Made by a program: the position numbers and the translations under genes
Notes under the pieces: model-generated
What the model was told of the DNA's origin: nothing
What the model saw: the letters and a program-made list of their open reading frames with translations, nothing else
Database searches by the model: none
NCBI RefSeq assembly: GCF_009914755.1
Contig: NC_060942.1
Length of the DNA stretch: 64,000 nucleotides
Reading direction: 5' to 3' (one strand)
Origin: the human T2T-CHM13v2.0 reference genome, Homo sapiens
Shown: piece by piece, positions 40,383 to 54,616 of the stretch
How the letters are laid out: every line of letters begins with the position of its first letter
How positions within the stretch are numbered: position 1 is the stretch's first letter

Positions 40383-41006
40383 CCTACATGTGCATATCCC
40401 TGGTAGTGCATTACTGCTGCACTTATTTGGAGGAAATTTGAGAAAATGTCTTTGAACATGGTTGTCTTACTGGATTTCATTTATTAAATAATTCACCAGG
40501 CTTTTCTTCTGGAAAAATGTCCAACTGTAGCAGACAGAAAGGAAGCCAAGAGAGGGTGTTTACAGCAAGGAGGGGCTATGAAATATCTTCACTCCAGGTT
40601 CTTTATGAGGTAAAACCGTGTCACACCACACCACTATCCCTGTTGCAAACTGTTCATCTAATTTCCCTCTTTTTTGGGATATTTTGTTTTCCCCTAAATG
40701 TCAGAGTTTGCTTGGGGAAAAAATATTTTTGGTTGTTTCTTTGGAAGCTTCTTGCAGTATGCCTCCACCTGCTGGAAGGAATCAGGCATGTTGTTAGGTG
40801 CAGCTGCAGCCCTGCACGTTCAGAGCTGCCTATTTCTGTGTAACTGAAGAAAACAGAAATTATAAATCTATAGAAGAGATGTTTACTTATAAATGTTTAC
40901 TTATAAATATCACATGTAAATTAAATGCTATGCATCAACCTACCGCAAAGTTGTATAGTCAATGTATTTTTAATATAGTTTGAAATGAAAATAACTTCAT
41001 TTTAAG

Positions 41007-41069
41007 GGAAACAGAATTTATGATGATGCAAGTAATCCAGGATGTCGATCAAAATATACCCATTTAAAG
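41007..41069 (+). other. Candidate 63-nt exon (unverified)
   Basis: cttcattttaag|GGA...AAG|gtaagg; open in phase 0 (GNRIYDDASNPGCRSKYTHLK); downstream TGCATG motifs. Confidence 0.3.
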
Positions 41070-43398
41070 GTAAGGTGAAATGTAAATTGTGGTATTAAAG
41101 TTCCAAATGTTAACAAGTATTTTCATTTCCCCAGCTGCAGTGTATCATTTTTATCAGCAATTGGAAGCATGCTGCATGTTTGACTCTGTGGACTCCTGCT
41201 TTACACAACAGAACATTCCGATGGTGTGCATGTGCCATAGTACGTATAGAAATTCTAAGAATTCATATAATTTACCTGCTAAATCAGGGACTATTACAGT
41301 CTGCTGTGTAAATTCACATTTTGGCACTCTTTAAAAAGTGGATTATTATTGACCCAATAGACCATAACAGCTCCAAAGAAGCCGTTACTGTACATCGTGT
41401 AAAGCCTTCGTGGTGTGTGTTTTATTGAAGCTCTGTAGCTGTCGGGATCTGCTTGTCAATCTAGCTGCCATGCGCGTGCACCAAATGCATTGCTAAAGAT
41501 GCCTTGTAAATTGAAGCTTTAGTCAAATTACCCTTGTTCTTGTCCAATAAGCCATGGTATAAAATTGGATATTTCCACTGCAGTTTCTTTCTCCACCTCC
41601 AGAATTCTATTTCCCTGTATTTATAGAGGTTGAAATTTTGAAATGTGGATAAGGGAGTGGTGATTTGATTTCAAGTTTCAAAAAAAAAAAAAAAAAAAAA
41701 AGCAGGAAGAAAATTGAAGACAGTTTTTGCTTTGCATGAAAAAACATCTCAAAGAATGCATGAATTTACCAGCTTCCAGGAGGCTGACAACGGTCACAGT
41801 GAGATTTCTCTACTTTAGGCTTTTGGGAATCCAAATAAGATTTTTATTTAATTTTCTATGTGCTAATTTTGTGTTTTTCCACCTGTCTGTCCTCTTCTTT
41901 CATTTAACAAAAAAATGAACATTGGAACATTTGCCAGGAAAAAAAAAAAACTTTTTAGTTACTTGTACCTTCAGTAAAAATAAAATAATACTTTGAGGTC
42001 TCAAGCTGTAGGTGCAGCACTTTCAGTGCTTTCCTGGGCTGGTGAGAGGTTTTGGCAAAGCCGTCCTGACACCCACACAGCATACACAGCGTGTTTGTGA
42101 TGATGATTAAGCCATTTGTTAGTCTCTTCCTGATATGGCTGAAGCCATGCAAATCAGCATGGATTCCCAATCCTCAGAGACAGGGTATGTTCTAGAAAGC
42201 AAGCTATGAACAAAAAGTTCAGGCTGGATTACCTGAAGGAGATCCAGGCTTAATGTCACTAGGTATATGTCCTTACTTTCTGGCCGAGAGCAAACATTTG
42301 GTAAGTTTCTGAGCTAGGAAGAAAATGCTTATGGAACCGTGGTTTTAAAAACATACAGTCAGCAGAACATATCCGCTTAGAGACCAATATTTCTTCAAGT
42401 TATAGAAGAAAAAAAATAGGAAGGGTGAGATTAAGTGCTGTACAACTTTGTTCTTTCCCGTAAGAAATAGTAAAAGCTCATATTTTTATACTATGTTATT
42501 TCAATCTATAATTGTCATAATTGATAGCTTAAAATCCTAAAGTTCAATGGTAATGTGACAAATGGGAGATAGAGCTAGAGCAAACTCAATGAGGTATTTT
42601 TTTAGTTCCATATCACGTCAGATAAATGGATAGAGAGTTAAGAACCGCAAATTTCTAAGAAATCACCAGCGTAATTATCTTAGGAAAATATAGTTTATTT
42701 TCATTTTGCAAATATCTGCTAACCACTGCATCACCCCTCCTGTGCTCAAGAGAAAGGAGCACAGTGTGTCCCCCTAACACTGTGGAGTAAAGCATGAGAA
42801 AATTCTTTACGCAGCCCTGCCGTAACAAATCTCAGCTGGTCCTCTGCTGTCCTCTGGGGAGAATGCATTTGAACTCATCTCAAAAAGCTGGTTTTCTACC
42901 CTGGAGGTCTCCGATGGCTACTGCGAGAAGAAAGCCATGTCCCGAAAGCAGTGATACAGATTGGCAGCCACTGCAGAGATGCAGAATGTCGAAGAGTGTG
43001 TGTGTTGTAAGAGATTCTTAACCCCTCCCTAGCACCCATAGGGGCAGTCCACAGCCTGCAGCTTGGGCGGGAGGGGGTTAATGCGGGGCAGCTGCCTGGC
43101 GGGGACCAGCTGAAATGGATCAGCTAGGAACCAGCCTCCCCTCTGCATTAACCCTCGAAGGGATGCAGAGGCCCAGGACAGAGGCCAGCCTGCTGTGCTG
43201 CACCTCGGCCTCATTTATTCATGGGAGACACACGCGCGTGTGTGCATACACACACACACACACAGAGAGAGAGAGAGTTCATTTTACCTCCTGACCCCTT
43301 CTGCCTCTTGTCCTGATTTGAATGAGAAGTTATATTTCTAAACACAGTGCTTTCTCACTGGGCTATTTTTGTAATATAGTATGCTGAGTTGCTGCCTT

Positions 43399-43402
<4 letters not shown>

Positions 43403-43437
<35 letters not shown>

Positions 43438-43452
43438 CACATGCACACACAC
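43403..43452. repeat. (TA)n followed by (CA)n microsatellite
   Basis: Direct reading. Confidence 0.9.
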
Positions 43453-44339
43453 AACAGGCGTGCAGACCTTACAGGCTGATGATTCTGCCTCTTGCCAAGG
43501 GAATTCCTGGACAGACACTGCTCTGAAAGAAAAACCCTCTGGTTTTGGAAGTCTGGCTGGGCAAGGCAGGCGGAGGTCATGGAGGGGCCGGCGTGATGGA
43601 ATCCTCGGTGCAGCTGACTGCGCAGCCCGACACTGGCGTGGACACTGGGACGCGTCATGCAACATCCAACCAGAGCATACTCACGAGGACAAACATGGGC
43701 CCACCTATTTACCATCAGAAAAACAAAATCATGCTCTTTCACTTTGAAAGAAGGGGGAAACTGGAAAGTTATTATTTGAAATAAAATGGAATTTTAGGAT
43801 AATTATTTTCTTTAATATCCCTTTTATTTCCCTGTTTTTCATTTGAATTCTGGTCTATCCCGCATACAAAGAAATTGGCATTCTCTGCCACCAATCAACA
43901 TTTAAGTATTTGGCAAAGTTATGATTTCAGTTCCATACACGACAGCTGAATAAAAGAGTTGCAAATCCAGAAGAAAAGCAAAGTCCTGGGGGTGGGGGGG
44001 AGGGGGTTCACAGAATTGCATTTCCAAGGGATCCAGTGTCCGGAGTGCTCCATGTAGCACACACCCACCCTCAGCACATTACAAATGTGTTTGCACTATC
44101 AATAAATCATATTTCTAGCACTGTACTAATTACAGGGGCAGCAATGTATATAATAAAAAGTTTATGCCCATCGTGCCTCAGCACACACCCCCTCTGGGAT
44201 ACTGTTTAGCTCATTCATGATTTCTGCTTGTGAAGACATTCATCCAAAACATGCCTTTAATTGTAATGTCAAACACAAGAGCAAATCTTCAGAATCAGAA
44301 AGGCAGCATCCCTTCACATCAATTCTGGTCAGATTCAAC

Positions 44340-44649
<310 letters not shown>

Positions 44650-47600
44650 CAGATTCAACTTTTTTTTATTCATTGTTATTAGTCACTGTATTTCTGGCAC
44701 AAAGGGGGATTTGGTAGCCAGAGAAACTGAAACTTGGGTGGCGAAAAGCAGTTGTGGCGGCTCCTCTCTTCCCCAGGAAAGAAGCGAGGCTTTAAAAGAT
44801 ATTTCTCAGGAAGAAATGAGCGATCCATACAGTACAGCCTTGTGTGGAGCAGAAAATGAGGCTGCGTGCTCGCTGATGTCTAGTTACTGCAAACTTAGCA
44901 TCACAATGCCTGCACTGCCAGGCCCTGAGCCTCCCGGGAGAGCATCCCTGAAAACCCGAATGGAACAAGAACAAGAGCTGCTCTCTCTCGGAGTCCCTGT
45001 TCCACCGCTGTGTGCAGGGAGCAGAGCACAGGCTGGCATCGCCTCCCACTGGGGCCTGTGTCTCCGGGCTCATATGAGGAGGGAGATTTGTGAATGATGG
45101 GTATGGAGAGGCAGGAATTGTGTTGAAAAGGAATGTAAAAGAAGGGAAAAAACTTGAAATTTAGAATCAGAATCTTGATTTTCTTTTGTAGACACTTTTG
45201 TAAGTTGATTAAAGGCTTTCAAGGCATGTCCTCGCAGAATGTGGAGCAAGTTAAAAAGGAAAAAAGCAAGTGCCTCCCTCATTCCCCTCTGCTGAGCCTG
45301 TGTGGGAGGCAGCCCACCAGCGACACACACCCTCAGGACGCCTGGCTCTCTAAACCCATAGGAGAGCTGCCATTTGCTCTCAGACACATTTGCTCTCTGA
45401 TGTCTGAGTCAAGGAAGGAGAAAAGGGCTCTGAGCAGGATGCAGACCTGCACACTCAGCTCAGAGACCCTCCGTGCATGGTGCTGAGGACATGTTCATGG
45501 TCAGAAGGGAAGAGAACAGCTCTGTTTCTGGAATTATGTGGGTTTTTCGGGGGGCCAGTGGGAGCGCTGGGAGGGAGGGTGGCAGGGCCAGCCATGTATG
45601 GCAAGATTGGGGACTTTCTCTCTCATCCTATGCTCCCCATACTCGCAGAGGTGCTCTGTGAACTCTGGACCCCCAGACAGTGCAGCCATGACAGGGGGCT
45701 CCAAGGTCCCAGAGCCAGGCCTCCCTCTTGGGAGGCCTCCCCTTTCCCGAAAGTGGGCGTGGGGGCAGAGCACATCTTAATGTTCACAAACAGGGGGCCA
45801 TGAGGCATTTGATCCATGGCCTCTAATTATCTGTACAACTTTAATAGTCTTCGAGTTCATTATCTTGGAGATGAGAAATAAAGGACCGAGTCATAGGCAT
45901 CCATATTTTAAGTTTATTTATTGCCTTGCTGAAATCAAAAAGCAGGGGAAGAACTCTCAAAACTTGGCCTGTGCTAGACAAAAGGATTTTGCTCCATTCC
46001 AGGACTGATTGAGTGTTCAGGACCCAGAGGAGGATAGACAAGTCCCAGCTCAGAACAGGCTCTCAAGGGGTTCCTGGGGGTCTCAAGGCACAGGACACCA
46101 GGACAGCCAGCAGGGAAGGCGGTGGCCTTGCCCGGAGAGCCCACTGGAAGCAGTGTGGAAACAAGCTCCTATGGGTGGGTGACTTGCTGTCTCTCCACCC
46201 CAGGCAGCATCAAGTATGAGGCATTAAGTAATGACACAGGGTTACTACATTGAAAAGATGTCTTGTAAGATGCTGTATACAAACATTGCTGAAGAACAAA
46301 CAGGAGGCTGGAAACGTGGCGCTGAAGGCTGGAGGCTGAAGGCTCCTCGCAGGGCAGCCCTGGGAGGGCCGATTCTTCCCACTCCCTCTCCTTTCACGAT
46401 GTTATGAACAACATGCTCTGCTTCTCAGGAAGAGCTGGAGGATGGAAACAATGAGGAAAGGGGCAGAGAGCGTGCCCGGGGAGCGGTCAGACCCCCTGAC
46501 TAGCTCCAGCCAGGGAGCAGTGGGCCTGACTTCAGGGGAAATGCCCACTCTTCCTCCACAGTTGCGTCTCCAGTGTTCCAGTTTAATTACCTTCTTCATT
46601 GCTGCCTTAAATGAAGACTCTAAACACCTTCCCCTTGCATCCGTGCTTATAGACTAAGCCAGCAGTCAAACGGCACCATTTATGTCTCGACTCCTATTCT
46701 GTGACTTCTTCTCCCCCTTTTAACCTGAATCTCTAACCTATTTTAAACATGCCATCCCCCACCCCCCCATTAACAGAAGGGATCCTTTTTTCTCTTTCTG
46801 TCTTTCCCCCTCAGTAGATGAACTTTAAATGCAATCCTGCGCTCCTCCTGGCTGACCCGCCTGCTGTGAGTAATTGTCTAGAGAGAATAGGAGAATCTAA
46901 GAGCTTTTGTGAAAGGGAATAGAGAAGACAGACATTATTATGATTTTGAATCCGGAGCTCTCTTCTTTTCTTTCCTTCCTTTTATTTTTTTTCCTGGATC
47001 TAACAGCTGTTTCCCATCACAACTGGTGTTTGAAAGACATTGCAAAAATGACTGTATCCGTATCACAATTAGTTTCACAGGCAGCTAATAACTTACTTGC
47101 CATCCATGCCTGATTTAATCGGGACAGCCCTGATTTACGAGTGTTTGTCCCAGTGTCCGACCCTCTCTGCCAGTTCCTCGGGCTGGGTGCCCTTTGGGTT
47201 GCTGATGGAGGGAAACGCCCCCTCCAGGGCTGCCTGTCCGCCAAGCAAGGCGAGGATGGGACCCTGGGCTTCTTCCCAGACAGGAGAACCCCAGACCCAG
47301 AGACCCAAGAACTGGGTGGGGCAAGGCAGCCTCCCATGGGCCACACCCACCCCTCCTGCCCGCACCCCACTCACCTGCCTCCCTCTCCTCCCCAGCACAG
47401 AGCCCTCTCACACTTTAAGGTCAAAGATAGTTCCAAGCTTCACATTCGTTCAGACATAAAAGCCCCAAGCCTTTGGTGGGGAGGCTGCTGTCAATGGTGC
47501 CAAATTATGCGTGTCTAGTTTTTGTGATGTGATCTACTGCCGTTCATTAGGGACTGAGCTGGGCCCATCGACTCATTTTTCTTAGGGCAGCGAGCTGGTC

Positions 47601-49347
47601 TGTAGGGAGTCCCAGTGCTGAGAGGCCAATCCGTCCTTTGCTCACTCAGCAACTTTGCTCTTTGATTTTTTTTTTAATGAAAAATTTTAATGCAGAATAG
47701 AGGAATCAGGTCTTGGACATAGAAGTGAATGAATCAGATCTTGCAGGAACCAAGCCCTGGAATATATTAATATATAGTGGGTGCAGTAACAACTTTGAAA
47801 CATTCAAAAATCTGTCTGACAGGGCATGTCTCCTATCTTAAAGTGTCACTGCTAGGCCTTAATTACACACATAAGAATAAGGTAAGGGGGCGTGTCACAC
47901 TTCGGAATTTTAGAAATTCACATTGTATGAAACACTGCACCTCCAAAAGGCTGTGCAAACCACACTAACGTGTCAGAACTTCCCTCTTTGGCAAACATAC
48001 AAAAGACTCGTGCAAAGAGTAACGGAAGTTAAATGCAGCGGGCTAAAAGCAACGCTTTTCTGTTCCTAAGCGACCAGAACTGGGCCAAGGAGATTCAGAA
48101 AGCATTTAAACATCCCGGTAATGGATCAGTGAAGGAATGAAGAGGCTTGTCCTCCATTCAGCTGCTCCAGCTGCTTCAGCCCATCTTGGCAACTTCTGGT
48201 GGCAGGGAAGTAACAGGCATCAGGGCGGAGGGCAGGGTGGAGGGCAGGGCAGAGGGCAAGGCAGGCATCCTGAGAGGCGGACGTGGTGGATGCACCAGTT
48301 GGGCCTTTGAACCTCCATCTCCTGTGCCGTCCCCTCAGGAAGTCCTCTTCCTAAGGCTCTCCGTTCTAGGGAGCAAAGTCCTGTCCCAAGGTTTAGAAAG
48401 CAAAGTCTTCAAAACTGCTGCCAGTCAGGCAAGAAGAAAACCAAGGGAGTTTCCCAGAGCGCCCAGGAGGGCAGGAGATCAGATGGACGAGCACGCGTCT
48501 TGCAGAATGCTTTTCATCCCAGCACCCTGTCCACAGCATCCCCATGGAGGCCCAGGAGAAACAAAGGTGAGGACAAATATCTGCCCTGTAGTACCTGAAA
48601 TGGCCATTTCACCCAAAGTCAGGGACGCTGCCTGCTGTTGTACAAAGTAAACACACACACGTTCCTGAAAATAGGGCATCAGGTGGTGACTGCGTAGACA
48701 GCGCACTCCAGCCTGCTCAAGAGCCCCTCGTCAGCTCACAACTATCTCACAGGCTCTCAGGCTCGGCCATCACCACGCCTGGGAAGAAAAAGCCTCCGTT
48801 CCCGACAGTCATCACAATCTGTTTGCAATTACCAAGAAAAGAAAGGAAAGATCCTAAAGATCCATCCTCACGGTGTTAAATGGAGCCTTTGGTTTTATAT
48901 CTGTGTTGCTGATGAGCCCATATTTTTGGAGAAGCTGTAACAGGAACTATGGGGGACTTAAGTCCCCTTTTGTTTTGTGTTTTTGTTTATCGGGCATTTT
49001 CTTTTGTGAAGAAAGGTCAGAGATGGGGGACAGTATTCCCTTATTTGTTAGGAAGGCACTGAGCAGAAAGAAGTTTTGTAAGAGGTTATTTCAAAAACAT
49101 TATTTAAAGAGAAAACAAGACTGCCATCCAATGCCAGAGATGGACGTCTGAGATGCTTACCAGCCTCCAGCTTCCATTTGGCATTATTTCTTACATTTTT
49201 CTACACACTTTTTTTCTCCATGTGCAAAACAGGCCAAGTTTGGTTGTTTTGGGGCAGTGCTAGGATTGGACTCTGCACAAGTACTGCAGTCAAAGATGAG
49301 AAAATGCAAGAGATCCATCTCACTTGGCATGCTTATATGTTCTTTTA

Positions 49348-49384
<37 letters not shown>

Positions 49385-49889
49385 CCTGTTTACCAAATGG
49401 AGTGTCAGGAACATTGTGTAAAAGAACACTTATCTGTGAAACTTTGATCTTTCTCTGAAGCACCATTAGCAGAGACTCACAGGATGATTGCTTGGGAGCA
49501 GGGGCAGGCAGAGGGGAGGGTGGAGGCAAGGAGTTTTCCAAGGGGGAAATAATGCTTATTGTGCTACCTATGGTCATGTTTAGAACAGAAATCCTGTGAA
49601 ATCCCAGGAAGCAAGCTGAAGCTGGGCCACTGGCTGGGCAATGCCACCGCCCAGGCCCCCCGCACCCACAGAAACATGGGCCAGGGCCCAGCTTCAGTCA
49701 GCCCCTCGCTAAGGCCGTCTCCAGGAAGCACAGTCCAGCAGCTCTCAGGCAGGGCGGAGGGGCAGCCCAGGCTCCAGCCTCCTCCCCGAGAAGCCGGAGA
49801 GCACCGCATGATTTGTTACTGAGATCAGGAAATCAGAGGCTTATGAAATTTCCAGTTACTTTCTGTTTCATCTACGTCTGGCAAAAACA

Positions 49890-50181
49890 AGCAGAAGAAG
49901 AAAGAAAAGAAAAAGGAGGGACAGAGAAAAGGAGGAAGGAAGGGAGGGAGAGAGGGAGGGAGGATGCAAAGAAGGAAGAAAGGAAAGAAGGAAGGAAGGA
50001 GAAGGAAGGGAGGGAGGAAGGAAGGAAAGGAAGGAAGGAGAAGAAGGGGAGGGAGGAAGGAAGAGGAAGGAGAAGGAAGGGAGGGAGGAAGGAAAGGAAG
50101 GAAGGAAGAGGAAGGAGAAGGAAGGGAGGGAGGAAGAAAGGAAAGGAAGGAAGGAGAAGGGAAGGGAAGGGGGAGGGAGGA
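49890..50181 (+). repeat. Polypurine low-complexity (GGAA/GGGA) tract
   Basis: About 290 bp almost entirely A/G. Confidence 0.93.
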
Positions 50182-51228
50182 AACACTCTCATATGATTAG
50201 TATTTCCATATCCAGCTTAATTCTTTTTAAGGAAGGGAGGGAGGAAGGGAAGGGAAGGGAACACGCTCATATGATTAGGATTTTCGTGTCCAGCTTAATT
50301 CTTTAATTTTTACCTGTAAAGGAACAAACAAAACCTGTATGTAGAAAAGAAATCTTAGTTTTTACTATATATGTTCAAACTGGAAATGTTCAAGGAAGAG
50401 CAAGGAAGAATTAGGGAACTGACAAAAGGACTTCACGGGAAAGCCTGGGGCAGGTGCCAACGATGGCGCAGCTCAGGGCAGAGAACAGCGGAGCGTCCCC
50501 GGTCAATTTTTGCTCATGTGGCAGCACAAGTGGCACTCACTGGAGGAGTAGTGTTGCCCCTGCATGTGTCTTTGGAGGATCCAGAATTCACATGAGTCTG
50601 AGTTCTTCAAATGTTGCTGATGGCATTGCGTGGTAAGAGAAGCCTAATGATTGTAGAAATGCTTCCATTGCACAAAGGCTTCCATTAGGCCCTGGCTCAT
50701 CAGCCTACCTCACTGAGCACCCACACTTCTCTTCAAACCTCCTGGACAGGAGCCGAGTTTCCGAATGAATTCTGTGTCCCTTTTGGAAGTGTTTCCCATG
50801 CACCTTCTATAGGTCAAAGAGGGTTAGCCACCAAGAGCTGTAGAAGCCTAGGGCATAGTCTCTGTCCATAAACAAAACAAAAGAATGTTCTTGATAGAGG
50901 CCAAAGAGCCCTCAAGAACCATTAGTGGAAGCAATAATTCTATATAATAAATTACCAAAAACGTGACACATGCAATTAAAAACGGAAGCCAATGGATGCC
51001 AGTAGGAAGTACTGGCCAGGATGGTGAAGTCAATGAGAGCAACTGTGAGGGGCAAAGGCATCAGAGAGGTCTTCAGAGGGCAAGTGACTTGGATGATCAA
51101 ACATTACAGATCTGATGTGGGGCCAGGGCCCTGGGTGCTCAGTGAACACTGTCTGTCACACTCCCAACAAAAGGTGTGGAGTGCCACAAGTCAAGGAAAC
51201 CAAAGGGCCCATGAAAAAGTAAATGTAA

Positions 51229-51541
<313 letters not shown>

Positions 51542-52132
51542 AGAAGTAAATATAGAAAGCTACCTGGGCAGTGAAGTGGCTTGACACCCCTTACCTATTA
51601 GGGGATACTGGGGATGCAGATAAATTTCTCTGAGTTTCTGTTGCTTTGACTGCAAAATGGGAATTCCAGCATCTTCCCCCTGACCGCAAAGGATGCTATT
51701 AAAGGTACAAAATAAACAGAAAGCAACGAGGATTTATCATTTTAGTTGGAATCTCGTTTCAGCGCTACTAAAAGTAAGGTTCTTTCATGTACCTGAGTTA
51801 ATCCAAAGAACCCAGCATGGTTAGTATTTTCAGCAGAAGCCACAGAGAAGTAAATACGTTGCCTCAAATCTCCCAGCTGTAATGAATCAAGGACTAAAAT
51901 TTTGTCTTCTATATTCTTTTTACAACATTATTTTATAAAAGATTCTAAGTTAGACTTTCACAAGAGTTTAAACAATTCAATGTTCTAAGTTGTTGCTTTC
52001 TATTACAATTTAGTAAGAATCAACTCAAAAGCAATGTGTATGCCATGTAGCTAATACACTTCCCTCCGTTTCATCTTTGCTGCAAGACAGAGGGTGGCAA
52101 TGCTAGGCTTGTATGACAAATGATGAAAGTAA

Positions 52133-52440
<308 letters not shown>

Positions 52441-52604
52441 GAGGTTCAGCATTTTTAACAAATTAGCCAAAATAGCACCTCCAGAATGTCCAGAAATGTG
52501 CCAAAATTGCAGAGCACGTCTATCTGCCTCCAGGAGCCAGTGCTCTTCCCTGTCATGAAGCCACGGTCACCCCTCAGGACATCTAGTCACCTCACAAAAG
52601 ATCA

Positions 52605-52930
52605 CAGCTAGCTTATTAGCTGTGTGGCCTTGGGCAAGTCCTGTGGTCTCTGTCGGGCTCCTCATCTATAAAATGGGTATGTTAATAGTATCCACCTAAG
52701 GCTGGGTGTGTAAATTAAATTAAAATTTTAATTTTAATTTTTAATTTGAGTTCAATTAAAAGTTAATTCAATTTAATTAATTAAATTATATCTATTAAAA
52801 TGAACTTGGTTAAAGTTAAAATACTATCTACCTAATGCAGGCAGCTTGGTGTGAATTGAAGGAAAGAAAATATGTAAAGGGCTTAGCTTAGAACAGCACC
52901 TGGCACATTTTAACACTTTACAAATGTTTG
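52605..52930 (+). mobile_element. MIR with AT-rich interruption
   Basis: 'tagctgtgtggccttgggcaagtc...ctcatctataaaatgggtat...agcacctggcaca'. Confidence 0.75.
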
Positions 52931-53905
52931 TCTTCAGTAGTGACAGTGTCATTCTCATTACTGTCATTTTTATTATTATTTTGGTTGTGGCCAAGAGAGT
53001 TCACTCAGGTTCACGCTACTGATCTGAAAAGTGTTCTGTGTAGGTTTCTATGCAGTAGTCAATAAAAACGTGATTTTGAAATCATTTCTTGCAATGTCCT
53101 ATAAATTCTACCTACATTTGATACATGTGAATATTTGGCAAACTGATCAAGGTCTATCATCTGCCCTTCGTGCTGCTCATAGTGCTTCATTGCCAGCAAC
53201 TCAACCCATTTTCAAAGGTCACCATATCCTGCAATTCAACATTTACACATGCAGCTGCTGCTTTAACCCAGACCCCTAGCTCTGCTTCTTTAGAAATCTG
53301 ACTATGCCCAGGGTCTGATAAGTCGATCAATCAACTCAAATCAATGCACCAGGAACTCAGATGCATGCTGCTTTCAGATTGGTGGACACACTGGACAATG
53401 CCCAGGTTGTGTCCAGTGCAGTTGACCACACCCTTCTTCTTGAAACCCCACTTCTTTGTTATCCCAAGAACCCACCTCTATTGTTTCTCCCCGCTAACTC
53501 TTGGGTCACGTGTTCTTGGTCCTGGTTATAGTTTCCTGTATATCCAGTACTTAAGTGGATCTCCATCCCAGCCTATTTACACACTGGGTGCTTTCCTCCA
53601 TTCCAATGGTTCTAACTCACTCCACTTGTAGGCTGAAGACCCCAAAGTTACCATTCCTTGCCCTTGAGCTTCTACATCAGTCCACCTGTGTGATGCCACC
53701 CTTGTAAAGCTGAACTTTGCATCTTTTCATCATGCCAGTCCCTCAACACCCAACCAGACCTCAAGCATTCCTGAGGGTTGGACTCCTGTCTCTCCCATTA
53801 TCACCACTACCCGGTTCACAGCTTCGTTGTCCCTTATCTGGACTGTTGCAGTAGCCTCATGCATGATCTCTCTGCCTTTAGAATTGCCCCTTCAAATCCA
53901 CCCCC

Positions 53906-53951
<46 letters not shown>

Positions 53952-54047
53952 TGCACACATTCACACACACACACATGCACACATGCAGGCACACACACAT
54001 TCACACACACACTCACACATGCACACACACACACATGCACACACACA
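53906..54047 (+). repeat. Imperfect (CA)n microsatellite
   Basis: Direct reading. Confidence 0.95.
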
Positions 54048-54319
54048 TGACCACCCTAGAGGTCTGTCTCAGACACTCACCAGATTAAGCCATTCTCTGC
54101 TGAAAACCTTGGTCTGGACCCTATCACTACAAAACAGATCCTAAGCCCCTCTGCATGTCAGAGGACCCTCCAGAACCCACTCTTCACATGTGCAAATGTC
54201 TCATCCCCCACCCTCTGCCTTGACCTTTATCCTTCGGTCATCAGGAAATGCTTATGATCACCAGCACTGCCTTCACCCCTCAGGCTTTCATGCTGTTGAG
54301 TGTCCTCCTTTGTCTACTC

Positions 54320-54616
54320 CTGTGCTGTTCAATATTGTCGCCACTGGCTACATGTGGCTACTGAGCACTTGAAACGTAGCTGTACGTGGAAAATAGACAT
54401 TGCATTTTGAAGGCCTGGTGACAAAACAATGTAAAATATTAACATATTTCATATTAATATGTTGAAATGATGATAAGATTTTTGATATATTGACTTAAAT
54501 AAATTATATGATGAGTATCAGTTTCACTTGTTTCTTGTTACTGTCCTACTACAAAGATTCATAGTAGATGCATACCTTGGGTATGCAGCTCACATTCTAT
54601 TTCTAGTGAGCAGCCG
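54320..54616. mobile_element. MER33-like hAT-Charlie element
   Basis: 'ctgtgctgttcaatattgtcgccactggctacatgtggctactgagcacttgaaa...gctcacattctatttcta'. Confidence 0.75.

Noticed and set aside
41020-41110. C/D box snoRNA (ATGATGA)
   Set aside because: No CTGA D box or terminal stem at a suitable distance.
42195-42306. Possible plus-strand exon ending TTG|gtaagt
   Set aside because: Weak acceptor and an early stop in the ATG frame; a lone donor match is expected by chance.
49351-49382. Free poly(A) run suggesting a processed pseudogene (similar run at 41679-41701)
   Set aside because: No upstream mRNA-like body, polyadenylation signal or TSD.
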